Below are positions 33,501 to 42,391 of a DNA stretch of 64,000 nucleotides, piece after piece. Location: NCBI GenBank assembly GCA_963666515.2, contig OY762897.2:2880001-2944000 (forward strand), written 5' to 3'. The translations under genes were made by a program, and so were the position numbers. Numbering within the stretch: position 1 is the first letter of the stretch; each line of letters begins with the position of its first letter. The notes beneath the pieces were generated by a model. It made no database searches, was not told the origin of the DNA, and saw nothing but the letters and a program-made list of their open reading frames with translations. The DNA is from Candidatus Binatia bacterium. Lineage in GTDB: Bacteria > Desulfobacterota > Binatia > UBA9968 > JAJDTQ01.

Positions 33501-33660
33501 CATCCGTCTGCGCGCGTATATCCTGTCTATCACTCCCGCCACGGAAATCGATGGCGGCAAACGCTCTGCGGACGATTGGAAAAAGGATGGGGTTTACTTC
33601 CTGAACGAGCGCGACTGTCTGAGACAGGTCATCGGACATGCGCTGGAAACGGTTCCTTGA
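30578..33660 (+). pseudogene. Type III restriction Res-like SF2 helicase/nuclease, frameshifted near 32765
   Basis: ATGSGKT, LVDEGH, YSATF and QMFGRGVRL in 30578-32830; the second frame continues TVERLL...YPDFIVW...FVDPKG to 33660. Confidence 0.82.
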
Positions 33661-33798
33661 GGCTGATGGCCACCATGTAGCTACGGAACACTCGAAGGCA
33701 GCGCTGCAGACCACGAGCCAAAAGCAATGGAATAAAGGGCACGGCGTAGACCGTAAGACCTTCAACTCGGCTGTGATTGACACTTTGAGAGTATTCGG

Positions 33799-34923
33799 AT
33801 GATGTTGTCTGATCAACTTACGAGCCTCGCAGACCGCCTAGATCGAGTGACTGTACAGAGTTCTACGATTGAAGAAGCAATCCTACGTCTGGAAAGGTCC
33901 GCGACAGCCGTTGGCAAAGCCTGGAGCGGGTCACCGCTCGGCTACCACTCAAGCGTATACTACCAGGGGTTGACGACACCCCCGCCAGAGGCACTTTTTG
34001 ACCCGGAATGGGGTTTCATGGACGCGTACTTCAGTAATCGTACCAGTGGAAACTGGATGAAGTTTGACCCAGACGAGGTTCGAGCCACCATTTATTCCCG
34101 TGCGGGCAACGCCGACATAGACACACTGCGGAAATTTGACACGGAGGCACAAGCCGAATTTAATGACTGCAAAATGAGCTTGCTCTCTATACTTCAAACG
34201 GCAATGACCAACCAAAGCGATCCATTCTTGACAAACCTCAAGAACAAGATCGAGAAGTTGCCGATCCTCTCCGCGACAGCAGCAACGAAGGTGCTGACGC
34301 CCTCTGGGGAGTTTGTGTCCCGCGATACCACCGCCCTTTCCCAGGGAATCAAGCTACCCCCTCATTTGTACGTGTTGGCGGAAACCGTCGCATTCAAGAA
34401 TACGCTAGCAATAGTCAAGGACCTAGCGCGAGTATCCAAGCAAGCTAGCGAACATGTCTCACGTCAGGAGGCTCACCTAGTGACGACGGGTATCAACGGG
34501 ACAAAAATCTTTATCGGTCACGGCCGTTCACTGATTTGGCGGGAGTTGAAAGACTTTATTGCCGACCGTCTGAACCTTCAGGTAGACGAGTTCAACAGAG
34601 TGCCTGTTGCAGGGATAACTAATATTGATCGTTTAAGAGAAATGTTGGACACGGCAGCTATTGCTTTTCTCATTATGACCGGCGAAGATGAGCAACGGGA
34701 CGGTAAACTTCAGGCTCGCATGAACGTCGTCCACGAGGCGGGCCTGTTTCAGGGTCGGCTTGGATTTCGTCGGGCTATTGTCCTGCTGGAAAAGGATTGT
34801 GAAGGGTTCAGCAATATTGAGGGACTCGGACAGATACGATTTTCAAAGGGTAACATCAAGGAGGCATTCGAGGACATCCGTCAAGTTCTTGAACGTGAAG
34901 GACTATTGCAAGTCGTATCGTAA
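33799..34923 (+). CDS. protein with C-terminal TIR-like nucleotide-binding domain (CAP12/Pycsar effector type)
   Basis: KIFIGHG, AIAFLIMTGED, ARMNVVHEAGLFQGRLG..RAIVL, FSNI.G; lower GC than the backbone. Confidence 0.88.
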   Translation: MMLSDQLTSLADRLDRVTVQSSTIEEAILRLERSATAVGKAWSGSPLGYHSSVYYQGLTTPPPEALFDPEWGFMDAYFSNRTSGNWMKFDPDEVRATIYSRAGNADIDTLRKFDTEAQAEFNDCKMSLLSILQTAMTNQSDPFLTNLKNKIEKLPILSATAATKVLTPSGEFVSRDTTALSQGIKLPPHLYVLAETVAFKNTLAIVKDLARVSKQASEHVSRQEAHLVTTGINGTKIFIGHGRSLIWRELKDFIADRLNLQVDEFNRVPVAGITNIDRLREMLDTAAIAFLIMTGEDEQRDGKLQARMNVVHEAGLFQGRLGFRRAIVLLEKDCEGFSNIEGLGQIRFSKGNIKEAFEDIRQVLEREGLLQVVS

Positions 34924-35189
34924 GCCATTAGAGTATGATCCGGTCATAGTTTGAACTGAGGCTGACCCTGCCAACGGGGACAGCGAAGCAACCGCCTTTC
35001 GACAATTTCGCCCCGATTCCATCCACCCTACGAAGGATACATGACCGCCATACCCTATTGACTCCCAAGTCGCGGAGCTGGATGTTGCATGAAACGAGGA
35101 GCCTTGCCGCTGTGTGAGATGTCCGTTCGCCCGACAACGACCTCCGTTCTCCCTGCCTCCTGCCACGATTCGCTTCCTCGGACAGGTTG

Positions 35190-37199
35190 CTACCCCCCGA
35201 ACAGCACCCCGTCCGCCCAAAGCACCTTGAACACGCCCTCGAAGAGGCCCCATATCAGCAAGAAGGCGATGGCGGCCATCAACAGGGCGACCCACAGCCG
35301 CTCCCTTCCTTCGACGAGGCAGTAGAGGAAGACGAAGAGCGGCACCGCCACGGTGATGCCCAGCAGCCACACGGCCAGCGCGGCGCCGACGAACCAGGCG
35401 AAGAACACCACGGTGCGCCGGCGTTCCAGCCTGCCGTCGAGTTCCCCACTGAACCCTTCGTCCATCTCGACGCCGCCGGCCGCGGCGGGCTCCCGCCCGG
35501 TGGTCACCCGGAAGAGTTGCCACAGTACCAGGGCGGCGCCCGGGACCGCCGCAATGTAGACCGGCATGAGCTTGGCGATGAACGGCCACTCGAAGCCTAT
35601 GCGGATGGCGAGCAGGAAGAACGCCAGGAAGCCGGCCACCAGCAGGGTCTCCCAGTTGACCCGGAAGGCCGTGGAGGTGCTCTCCCTGGCCCGCACTTCG
35701 GCGCCCGCCGCCCTCTCCTCGCCGCGCGCCCCCCGCTCCCTCCGGCTCCAGAGGGTGTAGCCCAGGGTCCCGGCGACGAGAATGAGGAGCACCAACACCG
35801 AGGGCCGCGCCAGCCACTCGAAGCCGTAGCGCGCATGGGAGATGTACAGGTACTTCTCCATGATGATGCCGAGGATCATGCCCAGGATGAGCGGCGGCCG
35901 GGGATAGCCGAAGCGCTTCATCAAGTAGCCGACGAAGCCGAACGACACCACCATGACGAGGTCCAGCGGGCTCTGGTTGGCGTTGAGCGCGCCGATGAGC
36001 ACGAAGCCCAGGATCGACGGAACGATGATGGAGTAGCGCAACTCCGCGAGCCTGGCGAGCTGGTTCGAGAAGACGAGCCCCAAGGCGCCGCCGATGACGC
36101 TGGCGATGCCCAGCACCCAGACGATGCTGTAGACCACGTCGGCGTTGCGCTCCAGCATGAACGGCCCGGGAGCGAACCCCATGGTGGTGAGAGCGAACAG
36201 GAAGAGGGCCGACACCAGGCTGCCCGGCACCCCCAGCGTGAGCGTCGGGATCAGGGTGCCGCCGTCCTTGGCGTCGTTGGAGGCCTCCGGCGCGATGACG
36301 CCGCGCACGTCGCCCTTTCCGAAGGTCTCCTTGGCGCCCTTGCAGGTCTGGGCCGCGTGCCCGTAGCTGAGCCAGTCCACCACCTGGGCTCCCAGGCCGG
36401 GGATGATGCCGACCCAGACGCCAAGGAAGCTGCACCGGACCACCAGCCAAAGGTTGCGGAAAGCGTCCCGGATGCCGTCCACGAGCCTCCCGGCCAGGGG
36501 CGCCGGCTCGCGCTCCACACCCACCTTGGCGAGCGCCATCTCCAACGCGGACGGCACTCCGAACAGCGCCAGCGTGGCCACGGTCAGCGGCACGCCCTCA
36601 AGCAGGTAGGGCTGGTCGAACACGAAGCGCATGACCCCGGACTGGGGCTGGATACCCACCACGGAGATGACCAGCCCCATGGCGCCCGCGATCAATCCCT
36701 TGAGGGGCCGCGGACCGGCCAGCACCGAGACCATGCTGACGCCCCAGAGCGACACCACGAACAGCTCGGGGGAGCCCAGGAACAGGATCAGCGCCTGGGC
36801 CACCGGGATGGCGGCGGCCAGCGTCAGGGTGCCGACCAGGCTTCCGAGGATGCCGGCGGTAAAGGCCGCGCCCAAGGCTCGGCGGGCTTGGCCGCCACGC
36901 CCCATGGGATAGCCGTCCAGCACCGTCGCCTGGGAGCCGGCGCCGCCGGGGATGCCGAACAGCACCGGCAGGTAGGCGCTGCAGGTGCTGCTGACCGCGT
37001 CCATGCCGATGAGGAAGGCGATGGCGACCAGCGGGTCCCACTGGGTCACCAGCGACAGGAACAGGGCGTACATCAGCGGCGTGCCCAGCCCCTGCGGCGT
37101 CACCGCGGTGAAGGTGCCGACGCCGATGCCGGCGAGCATGCCGATCAGAACGTTGAACGAGAGGAGATTTTGCAGACCCTGGAGGGCGGCTTCGAACAT
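35190..37199 (-). CDS. tripartite tricarboxylate transporter permease TctA with C-terminal TctB-like extension
   Basis: GIPG...ATVLDGYPM..G, GIIPGLG, FGKG.VRGVIAPEASNDA, LTLGVPG; about 150 extra hydrophobic C-terminal residues. Confidence 0.88.
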   Translation of the reverse strand: MFEAALQGLQNLLSFNVLIGMLAGIGVGTFTAVTPQGLGTPLMYALFLSLVTQWDPLVAIAFLIGMDAVSSTCSAYLPVLFGIPGGAGSQATVLDGYPMGRGGQARRALGAAFTAGILGSLVGTLTLAAAIPVAQALILFLGSPELFVVSLWGVSMVSVLAGPRPLKGLIAGAMGLVISVVGIQPQSGVMRFVFDQPYLLEGVPLTVATLALFGVPSALEMALAKVGVEREPAPLAGRLVDGIRDAFRNLWLVVRCSFLGVWVGIIPGLGAQVVDWLSYGHAAQTCKGAKETFGKGDVRGVIAPEASNDAKDGGTLIPTLTLGVPGSLVSALFLFALTTMGFAPGPFMLERNADVVYSIVWVLGIASVIGGALGLVFSNQLARLAELRYSIIVPSILGFVLIGALNANQSPLDLVMVVSFGFVGYLMKRFGYPRPPLILGMILGIIMEKYLYISHARYGFEWLARPSVLVLLILVAGTLGYTLWSRRERGARGEERAAGAEVRARESTSTAFRVNWETLLVAGFLAFFLLAIRIGFEWPFIAKLMPVYIAAVPGAALVLWQLFRVTTGREPAAAGGVEMDEGFSGELDGRLERRRTVVFFAWFVGAALAVWLLGITVAVPLFVFLYCLVEGRERLWVALLMAAIAFLLIWGLFEGVFKVLWADGVLFGG

Positions 37200-37200
37200 G

Positions 37201-38265
37201 CTACTTGGGCGGTTGGTGGCCCAGGCGTTTGAACTCCTTCATGATCTCAGGATTCCAATCGGTGTATATCTTCACCGCCTCCCACACCTCGGCGCTGTCG
37301 GCCACACCGGCGTAGGGCCGGATGCCGACGAACTTCTCCCAGTCCTTCTTGAATGCGGGGTCCTTGCCCGCGGTCACCAGCGCCTTCTCGAAGGCGGCGC
37401 GGATGGGCTCGGGCGTTCCCGGCGGGAGCGCGACGCTGCCGCCCAGCCGGCTGGTGGCGTTCATCTTGCGGATGAGGTTCTTGTGGATCTCCTTGTCCGT
37501 GAACGTGATGAGCGCCGGCGTCTTGGCGAACAGCGGACCCGGTATGGGCGGGAGGTTCTCCGGCAGGCTCATGGCCACGTGGGCCACCACCTGCTGTTTC
37601 TCGATCCAGTCCGGCCGGTCGCGCTTGAACGACGCCGAGTCGTTCACCCGGCCATCGATCTCGCCCTTCTCCATGGCCAGGTACATCTCGGGCGTGGAGT
37701 AGCCCAGGACCCACCGGACCTTGAGGCCCAGCACCTCGGCCATCAGCCGGCCGTAGAGGTAGCTGCGATGGCCCACGCCCTGGGCGCCCAGCGCCACCTC
37801 GCGGCTGCGCAGGTCGTCGATGCTGTTGAAGCCGGACTTCTTCGTGGTGAAGAGCACGTTGCGCTGTTTGCCGGTCCGCACCGAGCCGATCCACTTGTAC
37901 TCACGAGGCTTGTAGGTGGCGCCGGGAGCGCCGAAGTAAGGCGCCTCCATGTCGGACGACACCACCACCGCGATCACGCTGCCGTCGGGCCTCGACTTGG
38001 AGAACTTGAGCTGGGCCGGAATCCCCTTGCCGCCGGGGATGTTCTGCACCAGGATCGTCGGCTGTCCCGGCAGGTTGGCGGCCAGGTGCCGGGCGATGGT
38101 GCGCGCGATCCGGTCCCGCCGGCCGCCGGGCCGCGTGCCCAGCATCATGGTGATGGTCTTGCCCTTGAAATCGGCCGCCACGGCCTGGCTCTTGTCGGCC
38201 AGCGCCGGCAACCCTACGTTCAACAGACCCGCGAACAGCAACGACGACAGAACGATACGCAACAT
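37201..38265 (-). CDS. tripartite tricarboxylate transporter substrate-binding protein (TctC/Bug family)
   Basis: Signal peptide; FKGKTIT, PGG..D..AR..A.HL...PG.P.I.VQN.PG, LAME.GEIDG. Confidence 0.85.
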   Translation of the reverse strand: MLRIVLSSLLFAGLLNVGLPALADKSQAVAADFKGKTITMMLGTRPGGRRDRIARTIARHLAANLPGQPTILVQNIPGGKGIPAQLKFSKSRPDGSVIAVVVSSDMEAPYFGAPGATYKPREYKWIGSVRTGKQRNVLFTTKKSGFNSIDDLRSREVALGAQGVGHRSYLYGRLMAEVLGLKVRWVLGYSTPEMYLAMEKGEIDGRVNDSASFKRDRPDWIEKQQVVAHVAMSLPENLPPIPGPLFAKTPALITFTDKEIHKNLIRKMNATSRLGGSVALPPGTPEPIRAAFEKALVTAGKDPAFKKDWEKFVGIRPYAGVADSAEVWEAVKIYTDWNPEIMKEFKRLGHQPPK

Positions 38266-38364
38266 GGTTCCTCCTCGGACGAATGATCGCAGGCAGTCTC
38301 ATGAATCGGCAGATGGTTGTCAAGACAACTTCGGCAAACACGGCTCTTTCCGGGATCCAGCACC

Positions 38365-38400
38365 TTGACTAAAGACGTCCCGACGTCTACTCTAAGTCCA
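38365..38400 (+). promoter_or_regulatory. sigma70-type leaderless promoter with a palindromic operator in the spacer
   Basis: TTGACT (38365-70), 17-nt spacer, TACTCT (38388-93), 6 nt, then ATG; AGACGTC-CC-GACGTCT at 38373-38388. Confidence 0.7.
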
Positions 38401-39533
38401 TGTCCAGAAACACCAAGAACCCGCCGGGCCGGGTACGTGACGCGATCCTGACCGTGCTCTCCGAATCGTCCACGCCACTGAGCGTCGCAACCATCATCGC
38501 GGAAGTCGGGAAACGGATCGAGGAGACACCGCCGTCTTCCGTTCGCTCATATCTCAGGTTGAACACCCCTGAACTGTTCATTCGAGAGAGTCGCGGAACG
38601 TATCGTGCAAGACAAGCCGCCCCGAGCCCGCGGCAACGATCCTTCCCCGAGATCGACGACAGGGAAGAGAGCTTCTTCTTTCAGAGGTCGGAGCTTCACC
38701 ACGACGATTGTTTCGCGTGGCTGGATCGGCAACCGCACAACTCGATTCACGCGGTGGTCACCGATCCCCCTTACGGCCTGCACGAATACACGCAGGAGCA
38801 GCAGCAAAAACTTCGCGCCGGGAAAGGCGGTGTATGGCGCATTCCTCCTGCATTTGACGGACACCAGCGTTCGCCGCTGCCCCGCTTCACGACGCTGGAC
38901 ACGGATCAACTCACCGAGATTCGGGATTTCTTCACCGCTTGGGCTCGCAGCCTGTTGCCGGTACTGGTGCCCGGCGCCAATGTCATCGTGGCGTCAAACC
39001 CGCTGGTTTCGCACATCGTTGCGACGGCGTTGTCTACCGGGGGACTGGAACGCCGAGGCGAGATCGTGCGGCTCACCATGACCATGCGCGGCGGCGACCG
39101 CCCGAAGGGCGCACATGAAGAATTTCGCGATATCAGCGTCATGCCGCGTTCCATGTGGGAACCCTGGCTCGTGTTCAGAAAACCGCTGACCGGGCGCGTG
39201 CAGGACAACCTGCGGAAGTGGAAGACCGGGGGTTTTCGTCGCCCGGAGCCGGGAAAGCCCTTTGGCGATGTCATCCCTTCGGCTCCAAGCCGCAGTGCGG
39301 AACGTAAGATCGCCCCGCATCCGAGCCTGAAACCCCAAGCGTTTCTCCGTCACCTGGTCCGGGGAGTCTTGCCGGTCGGCGAGGGCAGAATCCTGGACCC
39401 GTTCGCCGGAGCCGGATCCACGCTTGCGGCGTGTAATGCGGTGGGATACGAGAGCGTGGGCGTCGAGAAGGACCGGCACTATTTTTCGATGGCCGTCCGA
39501 TCCATTCCCAAATTGACGGACTACTTACGGTAA
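38400..39533 (+). CDS. amino (N6/N4) DNA methyltransferase, beta class, with N-terminal HTH-like domain
   Basis: VTDPPY precedes HPSLKP and ILDPFAGAGST; N-terminal VRDAILTVL...SSVRSYL...RGTY resembles a winged helix. Confidence 0.9.
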   Translation: MSRNTKNPPGRVRDAILTVLSESSTPLSVATIIAEVGKRIEETPPSSVRSYLRLNTPELFIRESRGTYRARQAAPSPRQRSFPEIDDREESFFFQRSELHHDDCFAWLDRQPHNSIHAVVTDPPYGLHEYTQEQQQKLRAGKGGVWRIPPAFDGHQRSPLPRFTTLDTDQLTEIRDFFTAWARSLLPVLVPGANVIVASNPLVSHIVATALSTGGLERRGEIVRLTMTMRGGDRPKGAHEEFRDISVMPRSMWEPWLVFRKPLTGRVQDNLRKWKTGGFRRPEPGKPFGDVIPSAPSRSAERKIAPHPSLKPQAFLRHLVRGVLPVGEGRILDPFAGAGSTLAACNAVGYESVGVEKDRHYFSMAVRSIPKLTDYLR

Positions 39534-39695
39534 ATCCAGTTTCCGCGCAGTTTCCTGATGCCTTCGGCATGAAGGGTGGCCGTCCGGGTTCCAAGCTCAC
39601 CCCTTGGGTTCCTGCGAAAATCGTCGGTCGTCACGTGACCGAGATAGACTTCACTGAACGTCATCGGTCGGCGCTCGGAGGCCGGTTCCGTTTGC
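39521..39695 (-). pseudogene. 3' remnant of a convergent gene, probably the cognate restriction endonuclease
   Basis: Hand translation ...TEPASERRPMTFSEVYLGHVTTDDFRRNPRGELGTRTATLHAEGIRKLRGNWIYRK*, overlapping the MTase 3' end; identity is inference. Confidence 0.5.
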
Positions 39696-39748
39696 AGGGC
39701 GGGCCGTGCGTGAACACGACACCGGCAATGAGAAACCGCTCCCGGTAT

Positions 39749-41341
39749 TCAGCGGCTCGTTCCCGCGGCCACTTCGCTACGCAGGATCTTGCCCACGGGG
39801 CTCTTGGGAATCGACCTTGTAAACTCGATGCGGTACGGGATCTTGTAGTGCGCCAGCTCCTCCCGGAGGCTTTGGCGCAAGGTCTCGGACAGCTCGACCG
39901 AAGGATCATGACCGTCCGCGGGCACCACCACCCCCAGCACGCGGTTGCCGATCTCCGGGTCGGGCTCCGGCACCACCACCGCCTCGGCCACCGCGGGGTG
40001 GCGCTGCAGCGCGTTCTCCACCTCGGTGGGAACGAGGAACAGCCCGCGGGTCTTGAAGCAGTCGTCGCTGCGTCCGGCGATGAAGAAGTATCCCTCCTGG
40101 TCCCGGTACGCCAAGTCGCCGGTGTCGTAGACCCCGCCTTGACGGGCGGCGTCGGTGCGGCCGGGGTCGGCGTAGTATTCGAGGAAGAGGCCCGGGTCGT
40201 CGGTGGAGATTACAGTGCGTCCGACGACGCCGTCCGCAACGGTGCGGCCGTCGTCGTCGACGATGTCGATACCCACGTCCGGCGCGGGCACGCCGACGGA
40301 GCCCGGCTTCACCGGATGCCGCGACCCCTGTCCCACGACGAGTTGATACTCGGATACGCCGTAGTGCTCGTACATCTCGCAGCCGAAGCGCGACTTCCAC
40401 TGGCGGTACGTGGTTTCGCGAAGCGCCTCGCCGGTGGAGTGCGCGCCTCGGAGCGTGTGGATGTCGTAAGCCTCCTCGATTCCTTCGGTGGCCAGCATCC
40501 GGCGGTAGACCGTGGCCACGGAGTGGAGGACGGTGACGCCCAACGCCGCCACGTGCTCCAGCACGTTCTCGGGCGTGGCGCGGCCGGACAGCACCGCGCA
40601 GGTGACGCCGTTCCGGAGCGGGAAAAGCAGGTTGTGGCCGAGGGCGCTGATGAAACTCCATTCGCCGGTGGCCATCACCACGTCTCCGGGCTCCGGCGGC
40701 AGACGGTAGCGGTTCAGGTCGCCAAGGGCCACGATCCAGCGGTGCGCGTGGACGATGCACTTGGGCCTGCCGGTGGTGCCGGAGGTGCACACCATAAAGG
40801 CCGGCTCGTGGGCCGAGGTGTCCCTGGTGACGACCTCGTCCGGGGGCTCGCGGACAAGGGACTCGAAGGGTACTTCGTCACTCCGGGCCTCCCCCGCACA
40901 TACCAGGGTACGGAGGCCCATGGGCTCACGCAGGTCGCGAAGCGCTTGCACACGGCTACTCTCGGTCACGGCCAGCCTGGGCGCGGTCTGCTCCAGGATG
41001 GCCCGGACCTCCCGCACCCCCAGTAGCGAGTTGACCACCACGGGCAGGGCGCCGAGCTTCACGGCCGCCAGAAAGGCCGTGGCGAACTCCGGCGAGTTGG
41101 GCATCTGCACTAGCACCGGGTCGCCGGGCGAAACCCCAAGCTCTTTCAGGCCCCGAGCGAAACCGTCCACCCTGCCGCGAAGTTCTCGGTAGCTGACGGA
41201 GCCGCCGCGCCACAGCATGGCCGTGCGGTCTGTGCGGTCTCCATGACCGGCGGCAACCGCACGCTCCAGCACCTCGTCAGCGAGATTGAGCCGGAGAGGA
41301 ATCTCGCGATAGCCTTGCCAGGGGACTGGGAGGTCGGACAT
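39749..41341 (-). CDS. acyl/aryl-CoA ligase (AMP-binding, benzoate-CoA ligase-like)
   Basis: TSGTTGRPK, YGVSE, PGSVG, YDTGD, GRSDD..K, IPKSPVGKI. Confidence 0.92.
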   Translation of the reverse strand: MSDLPVPWQGYREIPLRLNLADEVLERAVAAGHGDRTDRTAMLWRGGSVSYRELRGRVDGFARGLKELGVSPGDPVLVQMPNSPEFATAFLAAVKLGALPVVVNSLLGVREVRAILEQTAPRLAVTESSRVQALRDLREPMGLRTLVCAGEARSDEVPFESLVREPPDEVVTRDTSAHEPAFMVCTSGTTGRPKCIVHAHRWIVALGDLNRYRLPPEPGDVVMATGEWSFISALGHNLLFPLRNGVTCAVLSGRATPENVLEHVAALGVTVLHSVATVYRRMLATEGIEEAYDIHTLRGAHSTGEALRETTYRQWKSRFGCEMYEHYGVSEYQLVVGQGSRHPVKPGSVGVPAPDVGIDIVDDDGRTVADGVVGRTVISTDDPGLFLEYYADPGRTDAARQGGVYDTGDLAYRDQEGYFFIAGRSDDCFKTRGLFLVPTEVENALQRHPAVAEAVVVPEPDPEIGNRVLGVVVPADGHDPSVELSETLRQSLREELAHYKIPYRIEFTRSIPKSPVGKILRSEVAAGTSR

Positions 41342-41354
41342 CGTTCGACGGCTA

Positions 41355-41435
41355 TGGATTCCAGCTTTCGCGGGAATCATCCATGGCCCTCCTCACCCCC
41401 TCCACTCCTGGATTCCGGCTTTCGCCGGAATGACG
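41355..41435 (-). repeat. two REP-like copies of the GTCATTCCCGC-GAAA family
   Basis: TGGATTCCAGCTTTCGCGGGAATCAT and TGGATTCCGGCTTTCGCCGGAATGAC between co-oriented genes. Confidence 0.75.
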
Positions 41436-41470
41436 GGCTCGGGCCTTGTGCCGGTTCTCGTTGCCACCCC

Positions 41471-42379
41471 TCAATCCTTCTTCCCTCCGCCCTTCTCCGG
41501 GAACGGCCATCCTGCGTCGTAGGGGTAGGTGTAGCGGGGCGGGCGCTTTTCCTTGAATGCGCGCATGCCTTCCTGGCAGTCCTTGGTGCGGGTGATCTCG
41601 AGCACCGACTCCAGCTCCTCGCGGTAGCCTTCGTCGGTGCGGTTCCAGTTCCAGTACATCTTGACCAGCCGCTTGGCGTGGCGCACGGACAGGTAGGGGT
41701 TGGCGGCGATCTTGCCGGCCAAGGCGAAAGCCTCATCCATCAGCTCCTCGTGCGGCACCACCTCGTCCACGAGTCCGATGCGCAGCGCCTCCTGCGCGTC
41801 GATGATCTCGCCGGTGAGGATCAGCCGCATGGCCCGCCCGACGCCCACGAGCTTGGGCAGGTTGCGCGAGCCGCCGCTCTCCGGGACGAACCCCGCGGGC
41901 ACGGCCACCTCGCCGAAGCGCGCACGGTCCGACGCCAGCCGCATGTCGCACAACGTGGTCATCTCCAGCCCCACGCCCACGGCCGGCCCGTTCACCGCGG
42001 CGATGGTGGGCTGCGGCAGGTCTTCGAGCTTGCGCATGGCGCTCTGCAGCACCCGGTGCCGGAGGTCGTTCAGGAAATGCTCCGCCAGCTCCTTGTAGGG
42101 GCCCTCGATGCCGCTGGACCCCTCGAACGCGCCCAGCACGGCGCCCTCGGAGGTGAGGTCGCCGCCGGCGCAGAAGCCGCGTCCCTCGCCCGTGAGGATC
42201 ACCACCTTGAGGACGGAGTTGCGGGCGATCTCGTTGCACAGGGCGTCCAACTCCAGCCGCATCAACGGGTCCACCGCGTTGAGCTGCTCCGGACGGTTGA
42301 GCGTGATCACGCCGATGCAGGGCTCGCCCGGCCGTAGCGGATTGTCGTGCACCTCCCACTTGAGCGTCTTGTAGTCCAT
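41471..42379 (-). CDS. enoyl-CoA hydratase/isomerase family protein
   Basis: ITLNRPE.LNA, FCAGGDL, IAAVNGPAVG.G, A.EALRIGLV, EGMRAF.EKR.P. Confidence 0.92.
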   Translation of the reverse strand: MDYKTLKWEVHDNPLRPGEPCIGVITLNRPEQLNAVDPLMRLELDALCNEIARNSVLKVVILTGEGRGFCAGGDLTSEGAVLGAFEGSSGIEGPYKELAEHFLNDLRHRVLQSAMRKLEDLPQPTIAAVNGPAVGVGLEMTTLCDMRLASDRARFGEVAVPAGFVPESGGSRNLPKLVGVGRAMRLILTGEIIDAQEALRIGLVDEVVPHEELMDEAFALAGKIAANPYLSVRHAKRLVKMYWNWNRTDEGYREELESVLEITRTKDCQEGMRAFKEKRPPRYTYPYDAGWPFPEKGGGKKD

Positions 42380-42391
42380 GGCGCCTGGTCC

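Noticed and set aside
33760-33800. Alternative IS1380 right end followed by ATTGA (one-ended transposition boundary)
   Set aside because: Similarity to the IR is too weak, and the downstream sequence does not resume the ATPase.
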